From: Octopus sinensis
Taxonomy: Eukaryota
DNA: 64,000 nucleotides
Direction: 5' to 3'
Assembly: GCF_006345805.1 (NCBI RefSeq)
Contig: NW_021832276.1
Location: forward strand, 1-64,000
Part shown: piece by piece, positions 26,339 through 40,260 of the stretch
Layout: each line of letters begins with the position of its first letter
Numbering within the stretch: position 1 is the stretch's first letter
Made by a program: the position numbers and the translations under genes
Notes under the pieces: generated by a model
Told to the model about the DNA's origin: nothing
The model's input: the letters and a program-made list of their open reading frames with translations, nothing else
Databases searched by the model: none

Positions 26339-27025
26339 AACTTAATGCCAGTATAAATAACAGTTCACAGCTGCCTAATCCATAAGTGGCTTTCGAAGGT
26401 TCGCTTCTCTTAATCATTCAAACTAGGTCTCTTATTTGAAGAAGACCCACGAATTTCCTCCCCTTTCCTAATCTGTCAGGGTTCCTGCAAAATAATAATG
26501 GTAGCTACTATTCAAGATCTCACTACGCCATAAAAAATAAAATCTTTTATCAACAAATTAATGGAATTTTCAAGCAAAAGTCTCCATCTTTTGATTGAAA
26601 CGTTAGATTATTCTATGAACTAAAGCTATAATCACCTTAATCAGTTTATTCTTTATTTTGTTCTATTCATTACTCAAGGCTTTAACAACAAAACTGAATT
26701 ATAAGCCATAGTGAAAAAAAGTATAAACAATCTTAACAGTAAAGAAAGTTTATGAATCTCGTATAAGATTTCTTTCACTTAATTCATGTATTTCTCACAA
26801 GAAATAATAATGAAATAAAAAATAAACTATGTTTAATTTTAAATGATTTTAAACACAGAGCTTTACGAGTTTACAGTTTTTTCATGAACAGATTGCTTTT
26901 TAGATTACTACACAATGATAGTGTTACAGTTACGTAATTCCCATTTGCTTTAGTATGTCCTGAGATCTTCGTTGGTTGCAGACACATCACGAAGCAAGTC
27001 TTTGAAACGTTGCTTCCTCGGTTGT
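26339..27025 (-). repeat. Right arm of the about 690-bp inverted duplication (partner 22005-22695)
   Basis: See partner arm. Similarity decays into scrambled matches at 27025-27096. Confidence 0.9.
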
Positions 27026-27295
27026 CCTTTGCTTTTAAAATCAACTGCTTTTATCTCAAACGATCTAAACGGACTCTAACTCTCCCACCCGATCTGCTTT
27101 TTGAGCCATAATGTCATATACGATAATCAGTGAGTTTGGATGTACAGGTATTGTGTCTTTCCAAATTTTGTTTGCTTTTTCTTCGTGTGAAGCTAGCTCC
27201 CTATATAACTATCTAAGTGGTTGTGTCTTACGTAAATTACTTAGTACCCTTTTGTTTCTTAGGAGTTCGGAGCTAGATGCGACATACATTCTTGT

Positions 27296-27611
27296 GACAC
27301 ATCACACAGTTGAACACGAAGATCATCAGATGTTGCTACACATCGCGGTCACCAAGCGTTGGGCAATGTCGATTTGAGTGCTGTTAGCCTTCGAATGACG
27401 AGCAACCCCGCTGGCTAAGCGAGCAGGCCAACAGAAGAAGAGAGAGAGAAAGAGTGGTGAAAGAGTACAGCAGGGATCACCCCCTTCCGGAGCCACGTGG
27501 AGCTTTAGGTGTTTTCGCTCATTAACCACACACAACGCCCGGTCTGGGAATCGAAACCGCGATCCTACGACCGCGAGTTCGCTGCCCTATCCACTAGGCC
27601 ATTGCGCCTCC
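27296..27611 (-). mobile_element. tRNA-derived SINE family 3 (inverted duplicate of 28138-28441)
   Basis: Reverse complement of 28138-28441, including the same unique flank, so it is a duplication rather than an independent insertion. Confidence 0.75.
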
Positions 27612-27659
27612 ACACATTTTCTTATATTTAATTCAATGATTTCGGTTAGTTGCACAATC

Positions 27660-27763
<104 letters not shown>

Positions 27764-28054
27764 ATACGACCGCGAGTTCGCTGCCCTATCCACTAGGCCA
27801 TTGCGCCTCCACACATTTTCTTATATTTAATTCAATGATTTCGGTTAGTTGCACAATCATTATATATATATATATATATATATATAATGATTGTGCAACT
27901 AACCGAAATCATTTGAATTAAATATAAGAAAAATGTGTGGAGGCGCAATGGCCTAGTGGATAGGGCAGCGAACTCGCGGTCGTATAATATATAATAGATA
28001 ATATATATATATATATTATATTATATATATATATATATATATTATATTATATAT

Positions 28055-28087
<33 letters not shown>

Positions 28088-28137
28088 GATTGTGCAACTA
28101 ACCGAAATCATTTGAATTAAATATAGAAAAAATGTGT

Positions 28138-28441
28138 GGAGGCGCAATGGCCTAGTGGATAGGGCAGCGAACTCGCGGTCGTAGGATCGCGGTTTCGATT
28201 CCCAGACCGGGCGTTGTGTGTGTTTAATGAGCGAAAACACCTTAAAGCTCCACGTGGCTCCGGAAGGGGGGGGTGATCCCTGCTGTACTCTTTCACCACT
28301 CTTTCTCTCTCTCTTTCTTCTGTTGGCCTGCTCGCTTAGCCAGCGGGGTGGCGTCATTCGAAGGCTAAAACAATGCGAACGCATTGTGACCAGCGATGTG
28401 TAGCAACATCTGATGGTCTGGTCGGTCATGTGTGATGTGAT
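28138..28441 (+). mobile_element. tRNA-derived SINE family 3
   Basis: A-box-like tggcctagtgg and B-box-like ggtttcgattccc. An internally deleted relative lies at 56410-56590. Confidence 0.8.
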
Positions 28442-28868
28442 AAGAAGAATGTATACGCAAAATGGAAGAACTACATAGAATTTATTTCAAACAAAGAAAT
28501 GAACGATAAGGTTATATAGGGAGCTAGCTCACACGAAGAAATAAAACAAAATTTTAACTACAGTAATATACGTACATACACAAACTCACTTATATATATA
28601 TATACACATATTATGGCTCAAAAAGCAGAACAGAGGTGGGGAAAGAAAGTACTTGTTTCAACGGTTGTCAGTCGTATGAACTGCTCTTTGGTAGTGAATC
28701 ATAATGATGGTACTACCCTGATGAGGTGATGAAAATGATCATTGTTAATTATCAATCGTCAATACTCATACGTTCATATGCTATAATATATATTTCTATT
28801 TCTACGGTTAAGATATTTAGCAAAGGCCTTAAGCAGTTCAGTCCTTTATCAATATTTCTAAACGTTAA

Positions 28869-29083
28869 GGCGGCGAGCTGGCAAAAACGTTAGGCAGCCC
28901 GGCGAAATGCTCAGCGGTATTTTCTCTGTCTTTACGTTCTGGGTTCAAATTTCGCCGAGGTCGACTCTGCCTTTCATCCTTTCAGGGTCGATAAATTAAG
29001 TACCAGTTATGTACTGGAGTCGATCTAATCGACTGGCCCGCTCCCCCAAAATTTCGAGCCTTGTGTCTAGAGTAGAAAAGAAT
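28869..29083 (+). mobile_element. tRNA-derived SINE family 1
   Basis: ggcggcgagctggcaaaaacgttagg...gggttcaaatttcgccgaggtcgact... aligns to 16584-16812. Confidence 0.85.
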
Positions 29084-30956
29084 ATTTTTAAACGTTAATA
29101 GTCTAATGAAATGATATTTGTTGGTATTGTTTCAATGTTTTAATGTGAATAGTCAATATGATAGCTGTAGATGTGATATGATTCATTATATATATGTGTG
29201 TGCGTATGTATTTATACATATATGTACCCAAACACACATATATAAATATATTTTCCTCAAGAATGGAGGGAACGGAAAGTGACAGTTATGACAAGATCAT
29301 TACGTTAATTTATAAATAGATTTTAGAATTTCATATCAGTAAAAGCAAAGTTTATTACAATTCTCTCACTCTGTTAAACAAACCACTTAGTTGTTAATAT
29401 TTTGTCCACATCTGGTATTTTTCTAGATGTAGCGTTAAGTTTCTGCTAATTCTTCACGGGTTTCATCTAGACAAAATTGCTAATTTTATTAAAGCTTGTG
29501 ATAAAATATAACATTTTGGAGACCTATGAAAATACAAAAGTGTTTTAGTCTAGGCTGCAATATCAAAGACATAATTTTAAGAGATGTAAATTAAATTGTT
29601 TAGCATAAAATGTGAGCAGAAATTATATACAAAATAAATAAACAAGAAAACGAGAAATTTCTTTCAGAATGGGAAGATGGAAAGATTTTAAAATACTTAT
29701 TAAAACATACCTTAATTCTGCAAATTAAATAAATAAATAAATGATAAAGAAAAAACTCACAACATTTATGATATTCGACTGTTGTGACAGTTCCCCAGAA
29801 AAATAGACGATTCGTAGGAAAAATAATAGTCATAATACAAGACACAGCTAAAATAAACGCGCAGTAATGTCACAGACATGAAATTCTAATTAAAGACTCA
29901 TATATTGGTAGTAAATTTTAATATTATTAAATGGGGATTCGCAAATATAAAAAAGTAACATCAGAGGCCAAATGAGATATTACTAAAGATGAGACTATGA
30001 CAGTCAGGAAATGTTGATGAGTGGATTAGAGAACTGTGCTAATCGAATGTCTGCAAAGCACACATACGGAATTATCATTAAGCGTCAGAAATATCTTGCA
30101 TTACTTATTTACGGTGTTTCCCGTTCTAATTTCAAATCTCATCGTGGTGAATTTTGCGTTTATTCTTTTAGGGGAACTTATAAATTAAAATGTCGGTTAA
30201 AAAGTGGATGTGATTTATTTAACTATATCTTCACAGAACAGTGTGGCCATTGTCAGTAAAATAAATCAATAATTATTTATTTTTTGTTATATCTTTCATC
30301 AGTATCTCGATTGCATCTCTGACTGGCCAAATTATGTTGCGGGGGAAAAAAAATTTTGAAACGGATATTAAAGTTTAAAAAGAATCAAAACTAATTTTGT
30401 TTTGCTGTAGGTTAAAAGAATTGAATACAAAGACTGATAGGAAATAATGACAAGAAAAATTAATTAAAAAAATCTCGTAACATACAGCTAGCACTGCACC
30501 AACCTATATTTCTATGTCAAAGCTAGATTGAATATGTCAGAAATACAATTTCTTATATATTCAATCATTAATTCGAGCATTAATTCAAACAAAAGATTTG
30601 TGCACATATATCTGAACAGAAACTTTATACAGTAAAAAAACAAAAAACAAATAATAAAATGAATTTAGATTTATTTGATAATATACTATATCATTCTAGT
30701 CTTTTACTAATTTCAATCTTTGGACTGCGGTCATACTGTCAAGCCGATTCACAGTACATATTTTTACTCTAATACTTATTCTTTTTTCGAACACATTTTT
30801 ATTACCATGCTCACACTTGTTCTCCAGCGATGAGGAACAAACGCATACATGCTGGCGCGCACACACGCTTACGAACACACAGACACACATGCATACACAC
30901 ACGCTCACTCACACATATATGTGTATATATTGTGTATATATATGTATGTATGTATG

Positions 30957-31034
<78 letters not shown>

Positions 31035-34000
31035 GTCTGTTTACTGTTGATATACAAGACGGCCCTCCGAATGTTTCCGCCAACCAAATTCATAAGGTAC
31101 TGGCGAGTATTGAGAATGAAAGCAAAACACTTGGTCCAAAACTAAAATTGTTAACTGCACAAAGATTACGTATCACTTGTATTTCTCAATCGAAACCTAT
31201 GTAAAACGTCTCCTTCGGGAAAGAACAACACAGTTAAAAAGTTACACTGTACCTCATACTATTCCCCGCCGCATTTTAAGAAGGGTTACTCAGTAACACG
31301 GAACTGTGTCTGAACATTTGTGGGTCGCATATAATCGTCCTAATGAGTATTTTTTCGTAATGGGTATGAACGATCAGATCTGAGGTCGGGCTTCGCAAAA
31401 AGGAAGCTTTTGTTTCTTCTAGTGATCATATGATGCTTAGGTGGAATTAATGTTAGGATAAGGCTTAAATGCATGACAGTAGAAATATATTATTTCTTGC
31501 AGTCAAAATGGCAACGTAGAAAATAGGACTATGATGTTAGGAGAAAAATCGAATTTGGTTTGTGATGAAAAATGTAATGGTGGTTAGCAGCTGGTCGAAA
31601 CCCTTTCGTTATAGAATAAATATCAGTTAACATAAGGTCACATTTTACAGAGAAACGCAGAAACGCTAGGCGATTGAATCGATATTAATGTATAACTAGT
31701 TTTTATTTTACCTACCACACCGTGACTTTCCGCTAAGTATCAAGAGGAAGAAAGCTAAGTAGCGTAAGGCACTTAATCCAACTTTCTACACTTTCTGACA
31801 AGCCGTCCTCCTTATCATACAACAAATATAGATATCAAGAATTTGACAAAAAGAAATTGGGTAAGGTGGGAAATAACAGACATAACACAGTCATCGTTTT
31901 TATCAATAGACAAATCGGTGGTCGTCTTTGAGAATGTAATTCATTTGCTTTTCTGTCTGGTTCATCAGATCTTATGTAAATACCACTGGTGAACGAAAAA
32001 GTAGCAAATTTCAGAAAGCAAATATACAAATATTGTTCAAGAAATGAAATTTTAATCCTCATAAGCTATAATGAAATATAAATAATTCTCTTACTAGGTT
32101 ACCAAACAATTTCTTTCGAATTATAAATTAAAACGAATCTATAAGTATATAAAGAAATACATATTATTGCTTTATCATTTCGATATTGTTGATTCTGCAG
32201 AGAAAACTCTAACCGTATTCGTGATGTATGAATTTGAATTCTTCAGATATTGGTAGATTTTAGTATTAAAGTATTGAGAAATTGATAAGAAACTAAATCT
32301 TTCCATGTTCATCAATGCTAACCATTAAGTTAATATTGTTCAGAATTTCTTTTTATCGGGTTTCTTACTTGCTTTTCGATGGTTCATATGCCGGAGCATG
32401 TTGGCATGTGGCCTATCGCCCGCATTTACATCATCCTGTTTCCAGTTAAACTATTCCATCCTTTTCACTAGGTGTATCAATGGTCCAATCACCTTTACTG
32501 ATAACAAATGCCGGATATGTTAACTTTATCCTTGACACACTATATTAGCTATGATGTTCTCAGTGGGCGCTACAAACTATACGTGGTTATTTTTATGAAA
32601 ATAAATATACACTTACCTTTTATAGATTCTACGCCACATATTTCCAAAATACATGGCGGGCTTAACTGCAAATGTTGCATAGGTTAACACTACCACCTGT
32701 TTTCACCAGGATTCATTTCTGACAAAATATTCTGGCTAGATAACTGTTCCTTCTCTACACATGCTTTACTCGTAAGTATCGTGTTAGCAGATTAACTGTA
32801 ATCTTCTCCCAGGTTTCTGATGCACTGTCTTCTACCTTGCTAGAGTTCCACAAAGGAATGGCTACGTCAAAGAATTTAAAGCTCAATACTAAAACCTTTG
32901 TGTATTGCTTCGCATGTAGATGTTTTATTGACAATGAAGATAAGACCATCTTCTTACAATTAAAGCCAGAGTTATATTGTAAATACGTAATCCATGAAGA
33001 GAGAAAAATCAGACGTAACCGAGGGGAAAATACAATGGTAATTTTGTGGAAGAAAACAAACGAAAATAAGAGACAAGGAATATTTTGGAAGATAATGGAC
33101 TTTGATAATTCCATTGGTTAAGGGCGAGATGAACACCACATGGAAGTATCAGAAAGAAGCAACGTCAAGGGTCAGTGCTTAAAAAAGAAGTTATGTGTAA
33201 AATCCATAGTACACATTACTAAATTGCTGTACAGGACAATAAGAGTGTGGTGAGAGGATTCTTTTAGCGTTACGTCTAGAAGTTTATCTAGGTTGGTTTT
33301 GCGGGCTCAAGTTCTGGTTCTGCTGATGATTATGTAATCTGGTTCAAAACAATCAAACAAACTACATCACAAGTGGAGGAGCAGCTAAGAGTATAAGTAT
33401 CCCTGGTATAGACAACAGAAATAAGAACAATTCAACTCTGTGCATTTAATGAAGTGTCCTGTTTGAAATTACGAAAACTGAAGAAGACGGCAAAATACAA
33501 CAGTCGAATTATTGAGATGATAACAGTGAAAATGATGAGAGTAGTCAGAATATATAAGTGTATAATAATAGATTTGCATCTCAGAAACACAGACAGAGAA
33601 ATCAAAAAGAATGACATGTGAAAAAAGACGGCAATAAATTAGAGAGGAATAAACACATACAAGACTAGATGACAAAAAGCCATATAATTGCTATCCGTTA
33701 CTTTTTGTCAAAACAGCAAATTTGCTAAAGTCTCAACAGTGATCAAAGACTGGTAAAATATTAGTAGGATTATTATAATTCACATAGATGTCTTTAAAGA
33801 TTAAGTAACATGTCATCAACATTGATTAGAGACAGAAGAAAAGCAAAATACTATCTAGTTTATTATGAGTTGGACAACATATTAAGCATATTTTTTGTGG
33901 CTTTCACAGATTTCTATGATAACAGACAAATTCACACAAACATACAGACACATTTTTGCATATTTTTGTACATACATACACATACATATATATAAATATA

Positions 34001-34111
34001 TATGTGGGAGGTGTTTGAGTGTGTGTTCATATATATGCATACCTATATGTATACATGTATGCATGAATATATATATATGTATATATACACACACACACAT
34101 ATATATATACA

Positions 34112-34240
34112 AACACACCTCAAAGACGCACCTCGTTCTAGCCGTCCAGTTCGATGAAGAGCGATTAAACCAACTTTTGCGCGAAAATACACGTCAAACG
34201 ACAAGGGAACTAGCGGAGAAAATGGAATGCTCCCACACAA
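34112..34240 (+). mobile_element. Mariner transposase fragment (N-terminal HTH region)
   Basis: Translation KDAP(R/L)..RP-VQFDEERLNQLLRENTRQTTRELAEKMECSHT (within ORF 33895-34374) resembles mariner D.PRSGRP...L..L...PR.TTRELA. It is followed by a local 22-bp duplication (atgctcccacacaaatacgcaa). Confidence 0.75.
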
Positions 34241-34904
34241 ATACGCAAATATGCTCCCACACAAATACGCAAACAACGTTAGAAAGAATTGCAAATAGGA
34301 TAAGCAACACAAAGAACGACCCTTCATCAGTTGTCTGCTGTCTATCACACGCACGCACACACACACACACGTAGGTGTATGTGTCTACGTGTGTGTATTG
34401 TATATATATATACACATATGTATAGATAGAGAGATTGAAAAATAGTTTGGTATGCATTTGTCATGAAGTTGCAATAAGATGATGACAGCTGTGAATGATA
34501 AAGCACACTCTAAATGCAAATATTATAATTTGTTCCAAATGTTCAAGCATCCCCTCAAAACTGCTTGAACAATTTCGGTCACCAATGAAGTGGAAAGGGT
34601 TGAGATATAAAGCAGCTGTCATGTATAATACAAAATATGATGGTAAGGTGCGCTGTGTTCTTAAAAAACGCAATTTATCTCACTTTGATCTGGTATCACC
34701 ACATCTGAGGCATGGCAAATCATACACCTGTACAGGTACTGTCCAGTCTGTATAGAAATTGATCAATATACAGCACAAACATTTGCTTTAGTCACTAGAA
34801 GCGAATCATCTTCGCAAGGTGGTCAACAAAAAAATCGCAAAGCACACAAGTGAAGTCTACGACAGGAGAACGCACGCGTGTGTATATATATATGTATATA
34901 ATCA

Positions 34905-34962
<58 letters not shown>

Positions 34963-35204
34963 AATGTATAAATGTATATATGTATGTATATACGTATATA
35001 TATATAATATATAGTAATTATATATATATATATTATATATATATATATATTGTCATCAAAAAAGGGGGTAGAATAATTAATTGTTAATAAATTCGACAAC
35101 AGTATTCGGTATGTAAAGACCATTTACGGTGTATTACTTATAAATTAATATTTTTATAAATTTTATAAATTAATACTTTTTATAAATTAATTTTTATAAA
35201 TTTT

Positions 35205-35289
<85 letters not shown>

Positions 35290-35856
35290 TACATACATAC
35301 TTATCTTCGAAACGCGGATGGATGAAACAACAGTGACAACTGATGAAGGGGAATGTTCTCTATGTTGCATGTCTCGTTTCTCTATTTGATTTGTTTTTCG
35401 TTATTCAAAAACAGGTTCGTTTTCCTATGATTTTGTTTTTATGTTTTTGTTTTGTGATTGTGTCTACGTTTTTTGATGTCCTGTACACATATATGCATGT
35501 ATATATACATATATATGTAGGTGTATGTACATATACGTATGTATATAAAACGTATATTTATATTTGTTTTATATTATTATATGATCGAACTCCACAATCC
35601 CTTTCCAGTAAGTATAATATTATATATATATAATATAATATAGATATATATATATGAGAGAGAGAGAGAGAGAAAAAGAGAGAAAGAAAAGAGAGATTAT
35701 AGATTATATTATAGATTACACAACACACGTTTGTGTGTGTATGAATATAAACACACACATCACTGTGAAATACCATGTGTGTATGCGTGTATGATTGTAT
35801 CCAACTATATGTATAAACACTACCACACACAACGCAACACATATATATATATATAT

Positions 35857-36200
35857 CCACATATATATGTATTCATATATATACATATATGTGTATGTGC
35901 ATATACATACATATGCGTATATATCTGTGTATGCGTATCGATATATATATATATGTATAAATCTCCGAATAAAAGCATTTAATATATATGCATATGTATG
36001 TGTGTTGCTATGTGTGTTGTTTTAGTTGTCCACATATATATGTATTCATATATATACATATATATGTATGTGCATATACATACATATGCGTATATATCTG
36101 TGTATGCGTCTCGATATATATATATGTGTAAATCTCCGAATAAAAGTATTTAATATATATGCATATGTATGTGTGTTGCTATGTGTGTTGTTTTAGTTGT
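35857..36200 (+). repeat. About 172-bp tandem duplication (35857-36029 and 36030-36200)
   Basis: The unit ccacatatatatgtattc...aaatctccgaataaaag..gtgtgttgttttagttgt occurs twice with several substitutions. Confidence 0.9.
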
Positions 36201-36664
36201 CGGTGTGTATGTGTCGGTGTGAAAGTGCATGCGCGTGTTTACGTGCTTCATATATTTTATTGCGATCATTTAGCGGAAACTAAAGCATAGAAATTATTTT
36301 TGAAAGATTGTATTCGAGAAAACTGGATAAGAAATTGCTTCAAGCGTAAAAATTAATCACATTTGATTACACGAATTCTTGCATAACTTTACGAAACCTA
36401 CACCATGCTGAATGTATATGTTCTCTTGGTTATATATACATTGTTATATACCGGAGTTGCTATCTTTTTGTACATAAAACATTTGCTAACTATTGTCTAT
36501 TGTAGACAATCTTTTCAAGAGTTTTCTTTCTTCTCCACATTCACATCACTATCAATATACTTTCCTCAATCTCACCTTCCTTAGCTTATTCAATCATTCT
36601 TCCAATATGTCACGACGAAGAATACATAAGTTTTGTTTACAAAATGTGCGTATGCTCCCTGCCA

Positions 36665-36744
<80 letters not shown>

Positions 36745-36772
36745 GACCGATCTATCAATCTATCTATCTATC
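36665..36772. repeat. (CTAT)n tetranucleotide microsatellite
   Basis: Direct inspection. Confidence 0.95.
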
Positions 36773-37071
36773 TGTGTGTGTGTGTGAGTGTATGTGTGTG
36801 TGAGTGTAAGTGAGTGTCTGAGTGTATAAATATATAGTATGTATGTATATATATACACGCTAATATCGAACAGCGCGAACGAGTGTCTATACCGCATTGC
36901 TACCATGTAGCAGTCGGCCAAAATGAACCACAAGTAAGCTATATATATATATATATATATATATAGACATACATATATATACATAAATACATACATATAT
37001 ATATAGGGTACCGCACGAGTGGAATTATATACGAAAGAAGGTTTGAAAATGCAATTTTAAAAGATGTTTAT

Positions 37072-37116
37072 TTACTTTACCGGTTTCACTCTTTGGAAAA
37101 AGATTGTCAAAAGTAA
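37072..37116 (-). ncRNA. Type I hammerhead variant (U3-A8 core), GUA site (after 37078)
   Basis: Reverse complement reads ttactt TTGACAA TCTTT ttcc AAAGA gt GAAA C CG GT A aagtaa. Stem I is a perfect 6 bp, stem II is 5 bp plus a 2-nt extra, and stem III is the palindrome ACCGGT. Confidence 0.6.
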
Positions 37117-37838
37117 CATGTAGAAGTTTGGTTGCGTTAATTATTGGTTGTTACAAATTGCTACATTACATATATACAATCTTTGGTAACAGGGACATGT
37201 TAAGGACATAAAAAAGTTTAACAAGTTCCTTAAAATATTGGGCACAAAAGATTACTACATAAATAATCATTCTCAAGAACACGTTTGAGATAGTTTCCAA
37301 AAGGAATTATTAAAAAGTTCAGTGGGATATTGGTATTGGTATTGTATCTGTATATTCAAACACGCACAGAATATTGGTTGACACAGAGTACTACAATACA
37401 TATATATACACATTCTTTGGTGACAAGAGCATGTTGAGAACATAAAAAAGTTTATGTTTTTTATGATTTCAGATTTTTTAGCAAATAATATCGCTTGCCA
37501 TCTTTTAATAGATAATTTAGCAAGACCATATTATCTACCAGGCGAATCCTCGTCAGTAACCGGCCTAAACAACTAACTTATATAAACCATGGTATAACCG
37601 GTATATAACAAGGTAAAGGTTTTTATATTTCATTTACTTCGAAATTTGCTATAAAATTGTGGTTTTTGACCGTGTTGACTGCTATTTCTAGCATGTAAAA
37701 TTACCTGTTAAAGGGTAATTTTCTATTTTGAAGTACGAATATGTTGTCTATTGAATTACCACACAACCACTCCTGCGCCTGTCTACATAAATTTCATAAT
37801 TTAGCATCAAAAGTATACAGTGTACGTGATTTGACTGC

Positions 37839-37883
<45 letters not shown>

Positions 37884-38351
37884 GTAATCAAAATAACGTT
37901 ATTAAAAAATCTGTGTTAAAAGCAAAGCAAACCTGCTTTGCCTTACTTCCCTGAACAGGAAGAACTTTCATGCTATACCGTCTAAATTTGTTTTAAGTCG
38001 ATACTGCACTACTGAAATAAAACACACAGCACATGTTTAGTGATGCTACAGGAGTTTGGTACTGTATAAAACAAACGAAAGATGCAATGCAAGCATTTTG
38101 TCGTTTCGTTTATACTTTTTAGTATTTCAGATCAATAACCCCATTTCAAACATCAGTTGAGCAAGTTTATCAACTTTTGTATAGATCAGATATCACGTAT
38201 TTATATCACCTATTCTATGATAAATATAGTGACACAGGCGATTTTGAATAATGATATCCTCATTTGCTACAACCTATATTTTTTTTATGGGATTGTCACA
38301 AGAATCTATTGATTTTTCTAAGCTTCTAACATCTTTCGTTCAACAAATCAT

Positions 38352-38430
38352 TAGATGTTTATTATCATCGTCATTCTTCTTCTTCTTATTATTATTATTA
38401 TTATCATTATTATTATTATTATCATCATCA

Positions 38431-38471
<41 letters not shown>

Positions 38472-38668
38472 ATCATCATCATCATCATTATTATTATTAT
38501 TATTATCATCATCATTATTATTATTCTTATCATCATTATTTTATTCTCATCATCATCATCATCCTTCTTCTCCTTCTCCTCCTCCTTCTCCTCCTTCTTC
38601 TCCTCCTCCTCCTTCTTCTTCTTCTTATTTTTTATTCTTCTTCTTCTTATTATTATTATTATTAGTAC

Positions 38669-38722
<54 letters not shown>

Positions 38723-38805
38723 TATTATTATTATTGTTATTATTATTAGTACTATTATTATTATTATTGTTATTATTATTATTATTATCATCATCATCAT
38801 CATCA
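38352..38805. repeat. Compound trinucleotide array (ATT/ATC/TTC/CTC)
   Basis: Direct inspection. It gives the poly-I/N/D/E/K pseudo-ORFs at 38251-38876. Confidence 0.95.
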
Positions 38806-39590
38806 CGTGCTTTCACTGCTCCGCCGACCGCTCTGTGTTTGGAACAGTGTAGCAAAAACGTTATTGCAAGAAACAAACTGAGCAGATGATATAATTGATG
38901 TCGTGTTTTAGGGACTATTCAGTTATTCTGTTATAGAAATACATATTAATCTCATAAAATACAAGTAAAATGACATATAATGGGTGTATATACATGAAAA
39001 TATAAAAAAAGATTTATTGTACAAAGTATCCAGCCTCATAAAACATTATATTTAGGCAAGGAAAGAATGAAAATGATATATATATATATGTGTGTGTGTG
39101 TGTGTTTGTGTGTGTATAGATGGAAAGAGAGAATGTGAGAGAGAGACGAAGAAGAACAAAGTGAACTAGTTAGACACACAAAACAAACACACTGCGTACA
39201 GTTATGAACGTGTGCTTCAGGCAAATATAGAGATACATGACAAAACATCCACACATAGATACATACTCATATATATATATATATTAATAACTACAGCTGG
39301 GTTGTGGTTCACTACAACTGTTTCAGACGTGTCTTTTGTTGGAGCATAGAAGTTTTTTCATCATGCAAAGTACCGCTTGTATTAAGTGAATACAGGTAAC
39401 AATTAACAATTAGGACTTCTCAAAAGTATATACTTAGTGTCTCATGAATCGGCCGATATTTGTGATTACTTTACTGAGTACGTTTTTGTCGTTATACATT
39501 GTCTGTAGACTGTAGCACTATCACCGACTCTACATTGATGCTTTCGCTATTTAAATACCTGATTCCTTCGAATCCTGGAAATATACATAT

Positions 39591-40216
39591 ACAGGAGGGG
39601 CTGTGTGGTAAGTAGCCTGCTTACCAACCACATGGTTCCGGGTTCAGTCCCACTGCGTGGCACCTTGGGCAGGTGTCTTCTACTATAGCCTCGGGCCGAC
39701 CAAAGCCTTGTGATTGGGTTTGGTAGACGGAAACTAAAAAACGTCCGGTGTATATCTGCATATGTGTGTGTGTGGTGTGTTTGTGTCTGTGTTTGCTTGA
39801 CAACCGATACTGGTGTGTTTATGTCCCCGTAACTTAGCGGTTCGACAAAAGAGACCAATAAAACAAATACTAGGCTTACAACGAAACTGAAAGAACCCGT
39901 CGTATGTATATATATATATATATAACGGGAAGCTTTATGAAAATAGACAAAAGACGAAGGCAGGTGGAAAACAAAGGAACAATTGTATTAGTATGTGTGT
40001 GTATATGTTTGTGTGTGTGTTCCCAACATCGCTTGACAACCGATGCTGGTGTGTTTACGTCCCCGTAACTTAGCGGTTCGACAAAAGAGACCGATAAAAT
40101 AAGTACTGAGGTTACAAATAGTAAGTCCTGGGGTCGATTTGATCGACAAAAGGCGTTGATCCAGCATGGCCGCAGTTAAAATGACTGAAACAAGTAAAAG
40201 AGTAAAGAGTAAAAGA

Positions 40217-40218
<2 letters not shown>
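39591..40218 (+). mobile_element. tRNA-derived SINE family 2 with an internal partial duplication and a PLE pLTR fragment in its (TA)n
   Basis: The head is at 39591-39740. The body segment gcttgacaaccgat..ggttcgacaaaagagacc occurs twice (about 39795-39880 and 40030-40110). 39921-39995 is the reverse complement of 52172-52245. The tail is agtaaagagtaaaagagt. Confidence 0.85.
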
Positions 40219-40247
<29 letters not shown>

Positions 40248-40260
40248 AGTGTGTGTATAA

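Noticed and set aside
22005-27025. Long-TIR DNA transposon interpretation
   Set aside because: There is no TSD, no clean outer ends and no transposase inside.
32755-33121. Overlapping 94-119 aa ORFs
   Set aside because: No recognisable motif, and both strands are open, which is consistent with chance or a decayed repeat.
35330-35420. gacaaCTGATGAaggg family (also 34255-34345, minus strand) as a hammerhead
   Set aside because: This is a real two-copy repeat, but I found no stem II/GAAA or stem I that completes the fold.
37536-37566. Minus-strand CTGACGA GG attcg CC motif
   Set aside because: It is not followed by GAAA and has no cleavage triplet or stem I.
38352-38805. Poly-Asn/Asp/Glu/Lys coding segment on the minus strand
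   Set aside because: It is a pure trinucleotide array without splice or start context.
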